A stretch of DNA of 64,000 nucleotides from Oligoflexia bacterium (GCA_963758495.1 CAVWVI010000004.1:352001-416000), one strand, 5' to 3'; shown: positions 40,663 to 50,325, counted from the stretch's first letter. A program made the numbers and translations. Notes: generated by a model not told the origin, from the letters alone.

Positions 40663-42005
40663 ACTTCTGGACCTTCGTTGACTCCATAATAGGTCAACCC
40701 TAAATGGTTAATCAATTCTTCATTTGTAAAGAAGCGAAGCGTATTCTCTAGCTTCAATAATTGGACCGAAAGATCATGTTCAGGATTTAAGCCTTCTTTT
40801 ACAACTGGAGCTTTAAAGTAAAAGGAAAGCCACTCTTGAATTCCTCTGAGTTGAGCACGTCCTGCCAAGTCCATAAATAATGCTAAATCTAAAACGATCG
40901 GAGCTGCTAAAATGGAATCGCGGCAAAGGAAATTCACCTTGATTTGCATCGGATATCCGAGCCAACCAAAGATATCAATATTATCCCAACCTTCTTTATT
41001 ATCTCCACGAGGAGGATAATAATTGATTCGCACCACATGGTGAATATTGCTGTAGAGATCAGGGTATCTTTCACTTGAGAAAATATCGGATAGAACGCCT
41101 GACTTAGAGACTTCTTTTGACTTGAAAGACCCTGGATCATCTAATACTTCGCCATCTCGATTCCCTAAGATGTTAGTGCTATACCATCCTGCCACGCCGA
41201 GTTGTCGGTTTCTCAGACCAGGAGCAATGACTGTTTTCAACAAAGTCTGACCTGTTTTGAAATCTGACCCGCAAATTGGAGTACCCATTTCAAGAGATAA
41301 TTCCTGTAAACAAGGCATCTCTACTGAAATATTAGGAGAACCATTCGCATAAGGAACTCTCTCTTTTAATGCTGCATAAGTATAAATCTGTGAAGGTGAG
41401 ATCGCAGGATCATTATTTCGTAAACCCTCTTCAAAAACCTTCAATGATGAATGGACTTCGGATGGAGGAGTATAAACTTCTGTAGATGCACACCAGACCA
41501 TAACTGCCCGATCACATCCATTAGCCTTCATAAAATTACGGATATCTGCTCGAAGTTGATCTGCTAAATCCATCTTGTTTTTGCCCTTCTTTACATTAGG
41601 GCCATCGAGTCTTTTAACAAATTCACGATCAAAAACAGCAGGCATGGGTACAATCTTCGAAAGGGGTTCTTTCAGACTTTCCACTAATTCTTTTTCTAAA
41701 ACCTGTGCGTGTTTGGCAGCTTCATATGCATTTTCAGGAAAAAGATCCCACCCCCCAAATACAAGATCATCTAAAGAAGCGAGCGGCACGAGTTCATTTA
41801 CTTTTTTAAATCTATTCTCAGTTCGTTTTCCTAACCGCACTTGCCCCATCTGAGTATATGAACCGATAGGTTTTGCAATCCCACGTTTTACCGCTTCAAC
41901 GCCAGCATAGAAAGTAGTCGCTACAGCTCCCATTCCTGGAGTCAGAACAGCTAGTTTTCCTTTAGCAGGGGCAATCTTTAAAGTTTCTTTTGTATCAGCG
42001 GTCAT
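40659..42005 (-). CDS. ino1: myo-inositol-1-phosphate synthase
   Basis: GMGAVATT, VWCASTE, NGSPN, GSDFKTGQT, NILGNRDG, GDNKEGWD, CRDSILAAP. Confidence 0.95.
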   Translation of the reverse strand: MTADTKETLKIAPAKGKLAVLTPGMGAVATTFYAGVEAVKRGIAKPIGSYTQMGQVRLGKRTENRFKKVNELVPLASLDDLVFGGWDLFPENAYEAAKHAQVLEKELVESLKEPLSKIVPMPAVFDREFVKRLDGPNVKKGKNKMDLADQLRADIRNFMKANGCDRAVMVWCASTEVYTPPSEVHSSLKVFEEGLRNNDPAISPSQIYTYAALKERVPYANGSPNISVEMPCLQELSLEMGTPICGSDFKTGQTLLKTVIAPGLRNRQLGVAGWYSTNILGNRDGEVLDDPGSFKSKEVSKSGVLSDIFSSERYPDLYSNIHHVVRINYYPPRGDNKEGWDNIDIFGWLGYPMQIKVNFLCRDSILAAPIVLDLALFMDLAGRAQLRGIQEWLSFYFKAPVVKEGLNPEHDLSVQLLKLENTLRFFTNEELINHLGLTYYGVNEGPEV

Positions 42006-42085
42006 CGGGTATACTCCTTTATTTCATTAATCTACAAACAGTTATTTTTAGTCCACTTTTCTTATTAAGGCAATATCTCAGCACT

Positions 42086-43228
42086 TTAGACCTGAACTTC
42101 AGTGGCTAAAGGCAACTCACGGCACCCTTCCTGCGCAGAACGATAAGCTGCGGTGATGAGTTGAATGCACAAATAAGCTTCGCGAGCTTCTTTGCCAACA
42201 AAATCATTTTGCTCTATCGCTTTTCGAAATTGATCAAAGAGCGAATTAAACCAACTCACATGGCTGGCATCCATCCAATGAGAAGCAATGGAGCGTTTCT
42301 CAACATTCCATTTCACGGACCCTTGAGCTACATCCGGACCGTCAGTTTTCTCCATCATTGCTAATTGAAGATCATCATCATCTACTGTAATCGCTCCAAA
42401 CTCTCCTTGAACGGTATAAATCACTTTTCTAACACCTGCAGTCCAGGAAAGATAAGTATGAGCTAAACCATTAGGAAAAGTTAAAACTGTAGAAAAATTA
42501 TCTTCAGTATCATATCGATTGGGCTCTAAATTCGACATCTTAGCAGTAACAGCATGAGGATACCCCCCCATCCAATCAAATGTAAGATAAAAAGTATGAC
42601 TCCCATGATCCATGGCGATTCCACCGCCGCTATACTTCTTTTCCCGCCTCCAATGAGTTTTCCACTCTGTTACTCCTTTTGCATGAGTATTCCGGTAGGT
42701 ATTTAAAGTGAGAGATCTCACTTTGCCAATTTTACCGCTTTCAATGATTTCCCGGATTGCTGTCACTACAGGAGCATGCTTGTAATTATGACAAGGAAAA
42801 AGAACGCGTTGAGCTTGCTTGGCATGCTTTAAAAGCGCTCCAGCATCTTCAAGAGTCGTCGTCAGAGGTTTCTCACAGAGAACATGTAATCCCCGGTCCA
42901 AAGCCTCATGAGCAATCTGTGCATGGTCGCAAGGCGGGGTCGAAATATCAATAAAATCCAAATTTGAAGCTTCGGCGGTCAATAAAGCCCGATAATCTGA
43001 ATAAATACGAGCTTTCGGAAGAGCCTCTTGGGCTTGATTCCGCCTCGCCTCACAAAGGTCTGCTACAGCGACAATTTCTACATCTTTCTGCTCAGCGGAT
43101 CGCTGTAAGTATGCAGGAATATGGCCTTTACTAGAAATAAAGCCATAACCTACAAGTGCTCCCCTGAGAGGTCTTGAGGAATTTGACGAATGAATCATGT
43201 CTTCTTGTACCTCACGCTTTAAAAGCAC
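42086..43228 (-). CDS. Gfo/Idh/MocA oxidoreductase (probable start ATG 43198)
   Basis: VGYGFIS Rossmann, HVLCEKP, GGGIAMDHGSH. Confidence 0.92.
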   Translation of the reverse strand: MLLKREVQEDMIHSSNSSRPLRGALVGYGFISSKGHIPAYLQRSAEQKDVEIVAVADLCEARRNQAQEALPKARIYSDYRALLTAEASNLDFIDISTPPCDHAQIAHEALDRGLHVLCEKPLTTTLEDAGALLKHAKQAQRVLFPCHNYKHAPVVTAIREIIESGKIGKVRSLTLNTYRNTHAKGVTEWKTHWRREKKYSGGGIAMDHGSHTFYLTFDWMGGYPHAVTAKMSNLEPNRYDTEDNFSTVLTFPNGLAHTYLSWTAGVRKVIYTVQGEFGAITVDDDDLQLAMMEKTDGPDVAQGSVKWNVEKRSIASHWMDASHVSWFNSLFDQFRKAIEQNDFVGKEAREAYLCIQLITAAYRSAQEGCRELPLATEVQV

Positions 43229-43263
43229 TCAAGAACTCACGACATTTGTGTTAGAAAAAAGCC

Positions 43264-43575
43264 ATGAGTTTTATACCTACCCAAATTGAACCGTTTAGTC
43301 CTACAGAATTATTTGTTGCCTGGAATAATGGAGAAAAGTTCTCAGTCCCCTATGTTGAGCTTCGTTATTATTGTCCTTGTGCAGGTTGTGTGGATGAACA
43401 TACAGGCCAAAGAACGATTGAAAAGTCCTCTATCAATCCCGATATTCGGCCTACCGAAGTTCAAGTCGTGGGAAGATACGCCATCCATCTCACTTGGAGC
43501 GATGGGCACGCTACAGGAATCTTCCACTACGATCGAATCCGGGAGCTTTGCCAAAAACAGGGCAGAAGACTTTAG
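43264..43575 (+). CDS. DUF971 / GBBH-like N-terminal domain protein
   Basis: LRYYCPCAGC, VGRYAI, WSDGHATGIF. Confidence 0.9.
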   Translation: MSFIPTQIEPFSPTELFVAWNNGEKFSVPYVELRYYCPCAGCVDEHTGQRTIEKSSINPDIRPTEVQVVGRYAIHLTWSDGHATGIFHYDRIRELCQKQGRRL

Positions 43576-43600
43576 CCTAAAAAGCATTTAGAATTGACGG

Positions 43601-44908
43601 ATGCGCTTTGAAAAAACGAGCTTTGAAAAGACGAATTTTGAAAATTCGATCCGGAGGCAATACGAAAACTTCCCGTACCCTCCCATTCCATTCTTTGCTT
43701 TACCTCAAAGAAACCAAGGTGAATCTCTCAAGTTTGAATTAGGTTACCCACTTGCCCAAAACAAACGAGCGAGTGAAAAGGTGGCATCGCATCAAGGAAT
43801 TCGAATTCTCGTTGCGGGTGCTGGAACCTTTGAGGCACTCATTATTGCTCAAGCCCACCCTTACGCCGGAGAAATTGTTGCCGTCGACCTAAGTGAGGCC
43901 TCTCTTACAACGCTCAAACGACGACTCCAGTTAGCACGAATTGCAAAGTTTCCATTTAAGCTGCCCCCTGTTCGTCTCATTCGTGCAGATTTAATAGAAT
44001 GGCTCACGTCTCTCGGTTCAAATGAAAAATTTGACTATATTCTTGCTTCAAATGTCCTTCATCATACTCAGGACCCTGGCCAATTGATGATGGCGCTCGC
44101 CAACCGGCTTAAACTCGACGGCTTGATGCGGGTCGTGACTTATCCAAAAGCGAGTCGAATTTGGATGAGAGAGACATCAAAGTGGCTGAGGCTCGGGGGA
44201 TTAAATCCTCATCATGCGAGACCGAATCAGCAACTGGTCCGGCAAGCTCAACAACGGATTCAAAAACTCCCTCCTCATCATTTCATCCGCTCTTGCTTTG
44301 ACAGTCAGCCAGAAAAAACCACTGCCACTGGAATTATTGATGCTTTTTTAAATGCCTGCGAGAACCCTTACAGCCCATTGGAATGGAGAGCTGCAAGTCA
44401 AAATGCGGGTCTGACCTGGATAGGTGAAACACAAACAGAGAGTTCGAGGTCTTCGTTTCTAGATGAAATCGCTCCAGAACTTCAAAGCTATGACCCTTGG
44501 ATCAAGCTTCAAATTCTAGATGATTTACTGGAGATCTGCGCGAATCCGATTTTGTGGTTTAAGAAAGATTTAGATCTCTCCCGACCTCCCCGCTGTCACT
44601 CATCAGTTCAGCCACCCCTTCCAGATCTCCCTTCCCCAGATCACTATTCCTCTCTTGAAATTCCTTCTCATGTTTACTGGGAGATGAAACAGAATCTCAT
44701 ACGTGTCCAAGCTCTTTTACAGAATTCAACACTGACACTTGAAACGCTTTTTCTTCGGTTGAAAACTCAAGTCGGACCTCGCGTCGATCCAAAAAATCCA
44801 AATCGAATATTACCAGGACTTGCCTTAAGTGATTACGATCTCAATAGGATTCTCGACACTTGTGATCCTCATGGTTCTAATATAGAACTGCGCGCAAAGG
44901 ATAGGTAG
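43601..44908 (+). CDS. Class I SAM-dependent methyltransferase
   Basis: QYENFPYP, ILVAGAGT, VDLSEASL, FDYI...VLHH. Confidence 0.85.
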   Translation: MRFEKTSFEKTNFENSIRRQYENFPYPPIPFFALPQRNQGESLKFELGYPLAQNKRASEKVASHQGIRILVAGAGTFEALIIAQAHPYAGEIVAVDLSEASLTTLKRRLQLARIAKFPFKLPPVRLIRADLIEWLTSLGSNEKFDYILASNVLHHTQDPGQLMMALANRLKLDGLMRVVTYPKASRIWMRETSKWLRLGGLNPHHARPNQQLVRQAQQRIQKLPPHHFIRSCFDSQPEKTTATGIIDAFLNACENPYSPLEWRAASQNAGLTWIGETQTESSRSSFLDEIAPELQSYDPWIKLQILDDLLEICANPILWFKKDLDLSRPPRCHSSVQPPLPDLPSPDHYSSLEIPSHVYWEMKQNLIRVQALLQNSTLTLETLFLRLKTQVGPRVDPKNPNRILPGLALSDYDLNRILDTCDPHGSNIELRAKDR

Positions 44909-44927
44909 ATTGCGAATGAGGAATGGT

Positions 44928-45863
44928 ATGAAATTAATTAAATTTAATAGTTTGTCGTTGGTCATATTATCGATCTTTGCTTTTCAGGAAGCAATGGCGT
45001 TACCCCTGTATCCCATTCCACACAACCCAAAATCTTCGAGTTATGATGAACCACCCCCAAGCTACGATGAAATTTTTGGCCGTGCCCGGTCAGAGTTAGA
45101 GGAGATCCAATGTCCAGACGGGTACATTCTGGTACCCGGAAATCCACTGTATAGTACTCCAATTTCTGGCAAGGATTTTTGCGTCATGAAGTACGAAGCA
45201 TCGAGGTCGAGCCTGTTTAGCAGAAGAATGAAAGCCGTGTCTGTGAAAAAGGCACCCTGGGTAAACGTGAATCGTGCCGAGGCGGAAGCTGCGTGCGAAG
45301 CTAATGGAGTAGGATATCACCTGATCACGAATTCGGAATGGATGACCATTGCAAGAAATATTGAAGCCACACCAGCAAACTGGAGCGGCGGAAGAATTGG
45401 GGAAGGATTTCTACCCAGGGGGAACAGTTCTTTTGATTCTGCTTTAACGCCCGGTAACGATGAGAATCCCTATTTTGGGATATTGTACCATAATGATGAT
45501 TGGACCTATAAGAGGACCCATGAGTTAAGCAACGGAGAAGTCATCTGGGATATGGCAGGAAACGTATTAGAATGGGTATCGGATAATCTAGGGACAGGGC
45601 AGCATAAAATGCAAGAATATAGCAATGAGACCCACTTTTCACGTGAAGGCGAAGCTAGGAACCGAGTCCTTTTTGCGCCAAATGGGAATTATAACTCAAC
45701 ACAAAATGTGGGCATGATCTACATGTCAAATAACGGGGCCGCCCTGCGGGGTGGTTACTGGGCCAATGGTATGGGCACTGGGGTCTTCGCTGCGGATCTG
45801 AACTATTCCGCATCTGCCTCGCTCAGCCATATCGGGTTCCGCTGTGCCTACACACCACAGTAG
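44928..45863 (+). CDS. Secreted FGE/SUMF1-type C-type-lectin-fold protein
   Basis: Signal peptide; CPDGYILVPG, FCVMKYEA, AEAAC, HLITNSEW, DMAGNVLEWV, RGGYW...IGFRC. Confidence 0.85.
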   Translation: MKLIKFNSLSLVILSIFAFQEAMALPLYPIPHNPKSSSYDEPPPSYDEIFGRARSELEEIQCPDGYILVPGNPLYSTPISGKDFCVMKYEASRSSLFSRRMKAVSVKKAPWVNVNRAEAEAACEANGVGYHLITNSEWMTIARNIEATPANWSGGRIGEGFLPRGNSSFDSALTPGNDENPYFGILYHNDDWTYKRTHELSNGEVIWDMAGNVLEWVSDNLGTGQHKMQEYSNETHFSREGEARNRVLFAPNGNYNSTQNVGMIYMSNNGAALRGGYWANGMGTGVFAADLNYSASASLSHIGFRCAYTPQ

Positions 45864-45925
45864 AACTAGTATTTGCCAATTCAATAGCCTGGTGGCTGGA
45901 AGTTAGAAGTAAAAAATATCGCGAG

Positions 45926-47434
45926 CTAACGCAACTCAACCACACACCGAACAGCTTCTCTTTTACTCCGAAGCTCGCCGTCGATAGTGCCTTTATTACC
46001 ATTGAAGCCATAAGCGTAGTCAGGATGAAATGGATTGACTGTTGACGACCAAAAGAAATGACTCATCATATCAAGGGCGCTATTACGATCATAATAAAGA
46101 GGAGCCCCCATCTCTCTTGCTAAAACTTCATACTCTTCTCGAGTAGGCAACCTTGCTCCTCCCCCCAAATCTTGGCAAAATCGCTCTGCCGTAAGGTAAT
46201 TCATCTTTTGCACAACTCTATGACCGATACCCAACAAACCTTTACGCTTGACAGTCCCACTCCAAATCACGTGATCTCCCCGATACATCTTTCCGAGCTT
46301 AGCAAACGAGGAATTCACTCGAGCATCATTTTCCACGACTCGGGTTTCCTGCAGGACCCCAACGTTATTCTTTTTAATTTCAAGAACTGAAATTTTGTGT
46401 TGACTGTCTACAAGTCCGCGGGAGAGCGCCACATCGATACGCCAAACACCCCCATGACAGGCACTATTCATTGTCTTTTGTATAGTATGACCTATGACCA
46501 TACGTTTCACCCGAAGTGAGGTCAGCACTTCTGCTAAGGAATCACAGGTTTGCTGACTGAGTGGTTGAGCAGAATAGGTTCTATCGGTTAAGATTCGATC
46601 CACTGGAGAAAGCTCTCCACCTCTTTTTTTACTCATCAACGTTTCTATATCGAGGTGAATTTTTCCTAGCATCCATTGTTTTGTTTCATCAATCGACTTA
46701 AGAAGGTCTGAGTTTAAAAACTCAGGAGTAATACCACCGTGCACAAACACGGTATCATTCACGATAATAAACATAGGTCTTTCACCTAAAACCTTGGCAT
46801 AGTAAGACCCCGGAGAAAACGCATAGGCGCGCTGATAGACACCAGGATCACTGGGATTTACACTTTGCAAGTGATTGATCCCAACTACATAATTTGGGTT
46901 CGGCATAAAATCCTGAAAGAAGGAAGGCGGTTTCCAACCGCTTGGAACTTGGATATCCAAAAATGCCTTGAATGACTCGGGTTTAACAACCCAAAATAAA
47001 CTCTCAACATTCATAAGCTCATGATTACCGTTCAATGAAATGAGCCTTCCCCCGTTTGCCTCAGCTTCACTTTGTAGCCTTGAGAATAAATCTAACACAG
47101 CGCGATCATCGTCCCATCTGTCAATTTGATCCCCAGTCTGTACAACGACTAGATTTCCCCCAATCCAATGATTTTTGTCATCGATGGCACCTGCTAATCG
47201 TAGAGCCTTTTCGGCTGCGTCAAGGTCGCCATGAATATCTCCAATAGCCACCACTCTCCCTGGGGCCGCAATACGAAATGCATTATATGGATCGGTGGGA
47301 TCGGTAACTGAGGATGGTGTACGAGCATTGTCAGTTAAAGTGCTCCCTGTTTGACATCCATTAAAAAGGAGCAACAAAAGTGCATATTGAAAAAATACGA
47401 AGGAGTATTTCCTTAGAGGGAAAATGGTTTGCAT
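45926..47434 (-). CDS. Lipoprotein metallophosphoesterase (Shewanella-like PPP) fused to a C-terminal DUF1566/Lcl-type CLec domain
   Basis: Lipobox FNGC; GDIHGD, GDQIDR, GNHE, VHGG, GHT, RIDV; C-terminus AERFC...RLPTREE...FWSST...VRCV. Confidence 0.85.
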   Translation of the reverse strand: MQTIFPLRKYSFVFFQYALLLLLFNGCQTGSTLTDNARTPSSVTDPTDPYNAFRIAAPGRVVAIGDIHGDLDAAEKALRLAGAIDDKNHWIGGNLVVVQTGDQIDRWDDDRAVLDLFSRLQSEAEANGGRLISLNGNHELMNVESLFWVVKPESFKAFLDIQVPSGWKPPSFFQDFMPNPNYVVGINHLQSVNPSDPGVYQRAYAFSPGSYYAKVLGERPMFIIVNDTVFVHGGITPEFLNSDLLKSIDETKQWMLGKIHLDIETLMSKKRGGELSPVDRILTDRTYSAQPLSQQTCDSLAEVLTSLRVKRMVIGHTIQKTMNSACHGGVWRIDVALSRGLVDSQHKISVLEIKKNNVGVLQETRVVENDARVNSSFAKLGKMYRGDHVIWSGTVKRKGLLGIGHRVVQKMNYLTAERFCQDLGGGARLPTREEYEVLAREMGAPLYYDRNSALDMMSHFFWSSTVNPFHPDYAYGFNGNKGTIDGELRSKREAVRCVVELR

Positions 47435-47674
47435 AAAAATAGTGTAACAGGGGTCAATATTTTTAAAACCTTAAACCGTCTCCAGCGTGGGCCGAATAAG
47501 TAGACCATTTAAACAGAAAGAGCATAGTCAAATAAAATAAGACGGACTCCCGCTTAAACAATGATGTGAATTTCATCCATCCTCACAAAGACAATTCCAT
47601 ATTGGAATAGCCTCATCTGTTTTATTCATCCAAAGCAGCTCCAGCTCCATTCGCCGACTCTTAGCCCAGGCAGC

Positions 47675-48025
47675 TTAAGATGAGGAAGAAGAAGATGCGG
47701 AAGGAGAAGATGGGGATGAAGAAGATGCCTGAGACACCGAGGAAGTCGCTGGCGCTGAAGCTGCTTTCGACTCAGCCTTCGGAGTCGCGGGAGCCGTACT
47801 AGAATCAACACCTACCTTCGATTCCGCTTGAGATGGGGGCGTAGGAGCGCGCTTATAATCGGTCGTATACCAGCCGCTCCCCTTCAGGGCAAAGGAACTT
47901 AAGCTAACTAGTTTACTAAGCGACCCTTGACAATCCGGGCAATTCTCAAGAGGCGCGTCTGAGAATTTTTGAATCACTTCATGAACTTTTTCGCAACTGG
48001 AACATCTGTACTCATACAATGGCAT
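47675..48025 (-). CDS. FmdB-family zinc-ribbon protein
   Basis: MPLYEYRCSSC...CPDC...FALKGSGWYTTDY with Ser-rich tail. Confidence 0.92.
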   Translation of the reverse strand: MPLYEYRCSSCEKVHEVIQKFSDAPLENCPDCQGSLSKLVSLSSFALKGSGWYTTDYKRAPTPPSQAESKVGVDSSTAPATPKAESKAASAPATSSVSQASSSSPSSPSASSSSSS

Positions 48026-48114
48026 ATTTTACAAAAATGGTGATGACCTCCGTTCTGTCAATAGACCGCCGTCTCTTTCTCATGTAAGGTAGCAAAATAA
48101 GGAACCATAAAGTA

Positions 48115-49110
48115 ATGAGCACACCCAATCTGAGCCCTATTTCTACTCCGTTTACCCAACTTTTGAGTTGTAATTTCCCCATTATTGCAGGACCGATGTT
48201 CCTTGTCAGTAATGTGAATCTAGTCTCAGCCGTGAGCGAGGCCGGTGGTCTGGGTGCAATGCCTTCTCTGAATTGGAGAACCACGGAAGAATTTAGGAGT
48301 GTAGTTCAGGCGGTTAAAGCGAAAACAAAAAAACCATTTGCAGTGAATTTGATCGTCAATCAAGCCAACCCACGGCAAGCTGCGGATTTGGAAGTATGCG
48401 CTCAAGAACGCGTCCCCCTCGTCATTACTTCATTGGGAAGTCCAAAAGAGACCATCCGAAAAATGCATGAAGTCGGATGCAAAGTATTTTGCGATATCAC
48501 AACACTTGAATATGGGAAAAAAGTTCAAGATCTCGGTGCAGATGGTGTCATCGCTGTCTCTGCCGGCGCAGGAGGACATGCAGGTCCCATTTCTCCTTTA
48601 GTCCTCATACCCTACCTTAAAAAGCACCTCACCATCCCAATTGTAGCCGCAGGAGGAATTGCTACCGGAGAACAAATCGCAGCAGCAATCCTCTTGGGAG
48701 CTTCAGCAGTCCAAATTGGGACCCGGTTTATTGCAAGCGAAGAAAGTACTGTCGATGACGCTTATAAAAAGGCTATTTTGGATTCTGACCCGGAAGACAT
48801 TGTTTTAACCAAAAAGATTTCTGGAACACCTGCCGCGGTCATCAACACCCCTTATATTCAAAAACAAGGATTAGAGCTGAATCCAGTTGAAGCATTCTTG
48901 TTTAAAAATCCTCAAACTAAGAAATATATGAAAATGCTTCGAGCCTACGTTGGCGCGAAAGCCCTCGAAAAAGCGGTGCAGGCGCCCACCTGGAAAGAAG
49001 TCTGGAGCGCAGGTCAAGGCGTGGGACTCATTGCCGATATTCTTCCCGCCGCAAAGATTGTGGATCGTCTTGTTGAGGAATACCACCAAGCTTGCAAAAG
49101 TTTGCTTTAG
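48115..49110 (+). CDS. Nitronate monooxygenase / FabK-like flavoenzyme
   Basis: PIIAGPM, AGGHAG, AAGGI, VQIGTRF, WSAGQ. Confidence 0.9.
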   Translation: MSTPNLSPISTPFTQLLSCNFPIIAGPMFLVSNVNLVSAVSEAGGLGAMPSLNWRTTEEFRSVVQAVKAKTKKPFAVNLIVNQANPRQAADLEVCAQERVPLVITSLGSPKETIRKMHEVGCKVFCDITTLEYGKKVQDLGADGVIAVSAGAGGHAGPISPLVLIPYLKKHLTIPIVAAGGIATGEQIAAAILLGASAVQIGTRFIASEESTVDDAYKKAILDSDPEDIVLTKKISGTPAAVINTPYIQKQGLELNPVEAFLFKNPQTKKYMKMLRAYVGAKALEKAVQAPTWKEVWSAGQGVGLIADILPAAKIVDRLVEEYHQACKSLL

Positions 49111-49138
49111 AAATGTTGAAAAAATAACTTAATTGTAT

Positions 49139-49199
49139 GAGCTACTTACGAAGCACAGAATAATATTATATTTTATATAGATAAATATAATATTATTCT
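49139..49199. repeat. Partial GTAAG element plus perfect 17-bp AT-rich inverted repeat
   Basis: GAGCTACTTAC (49139-49149) is the reverse complement of 55197-55207; AGAATAATATTATATTT/AAATATAATATTATTCT arms at 49157-49173 and 49183-49199. Confidence 0.7.
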
Positions 49200-49266
49200 T
49201 GCAAAAATACTCTCACAATGCGAAATTAGCCAACCTTATTCAATAGGGCACTTAGAACACATTGAA

Positions 49267-50274
49267 ATGGAGACGAGTTATTTTATGCTATATTCTAGAT
49301 CTTTTCTTTCCTTGCTAAGGCAGTCAACAAAAATTCTTTCAGGAATTTTTGTTCTTGGCGCCCTCACACACCCCCTAAAAGCATGGAGTTGCGGTAGCGC
49401 ACAAATGCATGCTCCCACGCAACAGCCACATCAAACTACCCAACAAAATACTGTCGCTTCGCAGCCCATTCGACCAGTTTATAATACCCAACCCAACTCC
49501 CAATTCGTTAGGCAACCCGTTCAAGCACCTCTTATTTATTATCCTGCAACGACGCCTTACTATTCTGCAACGACTCCTTATTATCCCGGAACAGCTCCTG
49601 CTATTGTCCCCAGTCACAATCCACAGACAATTGCTCCACCCCACTATAGTCAGCCCTTTGCACTTCCAGCAAACATTGAAAAAGAGCCCATGCTTCTTTT
49701 AGATACCACTGGATCCATGCAGGAAAGAAATTCGCCGAACGACCCACAAGAACGACTTGAAATTGTTCGTAAGGCAATTAAATCGATTGTGAAAACTCTC
49801 AAAGAACACGACTCACAAGCCATCAATGAAAGTGGAGACGAGGGCGGACTCCGTACGATTACATTTGCAGGTAACCATGCAAAAGACATCGGTGATTTGA
49901 ATTTAGAAAATTTGACAGACAAATGGGATCAAATTGATTGGAGCGGGTCTACTTGGATTATGCCAGGCTGGGATAAACTCATTGAGACCTACGAAGATGA
50001 ATTCGGCACCGGTCCAAACCGTCCTAAATTGATGGCCCTTGTGATTACAGATGGTGAAGCTTTAGATTCGCATGTCTTTGTGGATGCACTCGATCAATCC
50101 CCAGACGCATACGTCACTATCGCCTTGCTAGGATATGGAAAAGCACATGATGATGCTTTGAGAAGCTTCAAAAAGCTTTATGAACACCATCCAGAACGCG
50201 TGCGACTCCTTTCATTTGAATCTGAAACAGACCCAAGGGTGATCTCATCTGCGCTCATTCAAATGATTCAATAA
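49267..50274 (+). CDS. Secreted vWA-domain protein with Q/P/Y-rich linker
   Basis: MIDAS-like LLDTTGSM, ITDGE; N-terminal hydrophobic signal. Confidence 0.8.
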   Translation: METSYFMLYSRSFLSLLRQSTKILSGIFVLGALTHPLKAWSCGSAQMHAPTQQPHQTTQQNTVASQPIRPVYNTQPNSQFVRQPVQAPLIYYPATTPYYSATTPYYPGTAPAIVPSHNPQTIAPPHYSQPFALPANIEKEPMLLLDTTGSMQERNSPNDPQERLEIVRKAIKSIVKTLKEHDSQAINESGDEGGLRTITFAGNHAKDIGDLNLENLTDKWDQIDWSGSTWIMPGWDKLIETYEDEFGTGPNRPKLMALVITDGEALDSHVFVDALDQSPDAYVTIALLGYGKAHDDALRSFKKLYEHHPERVRLLSFESETDPRVISSALIQMIQ

Positions 50275-50281
50275 TTCATGA

Positions 50282-50310
50282 ACCTCCCGTGCTTGCGCGG
50301 GAGGTCTTTG
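50282..50310 (+). terminator. Rho-independent terminator
   Basis: ACCTCCCGTG-CTTG-CGCGGGAGGT followed by CTTT. Confidence 0.65.
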
Positions 50311-50325
50311 CTAAACTTGCCATAA

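Noticed and set aside
44928..47434. Complete diversity-generating retroelement
   Set aside because: No reverse transcriptase, Avd or adenine-rich template repeat found in the window; only target-like genes are reported.
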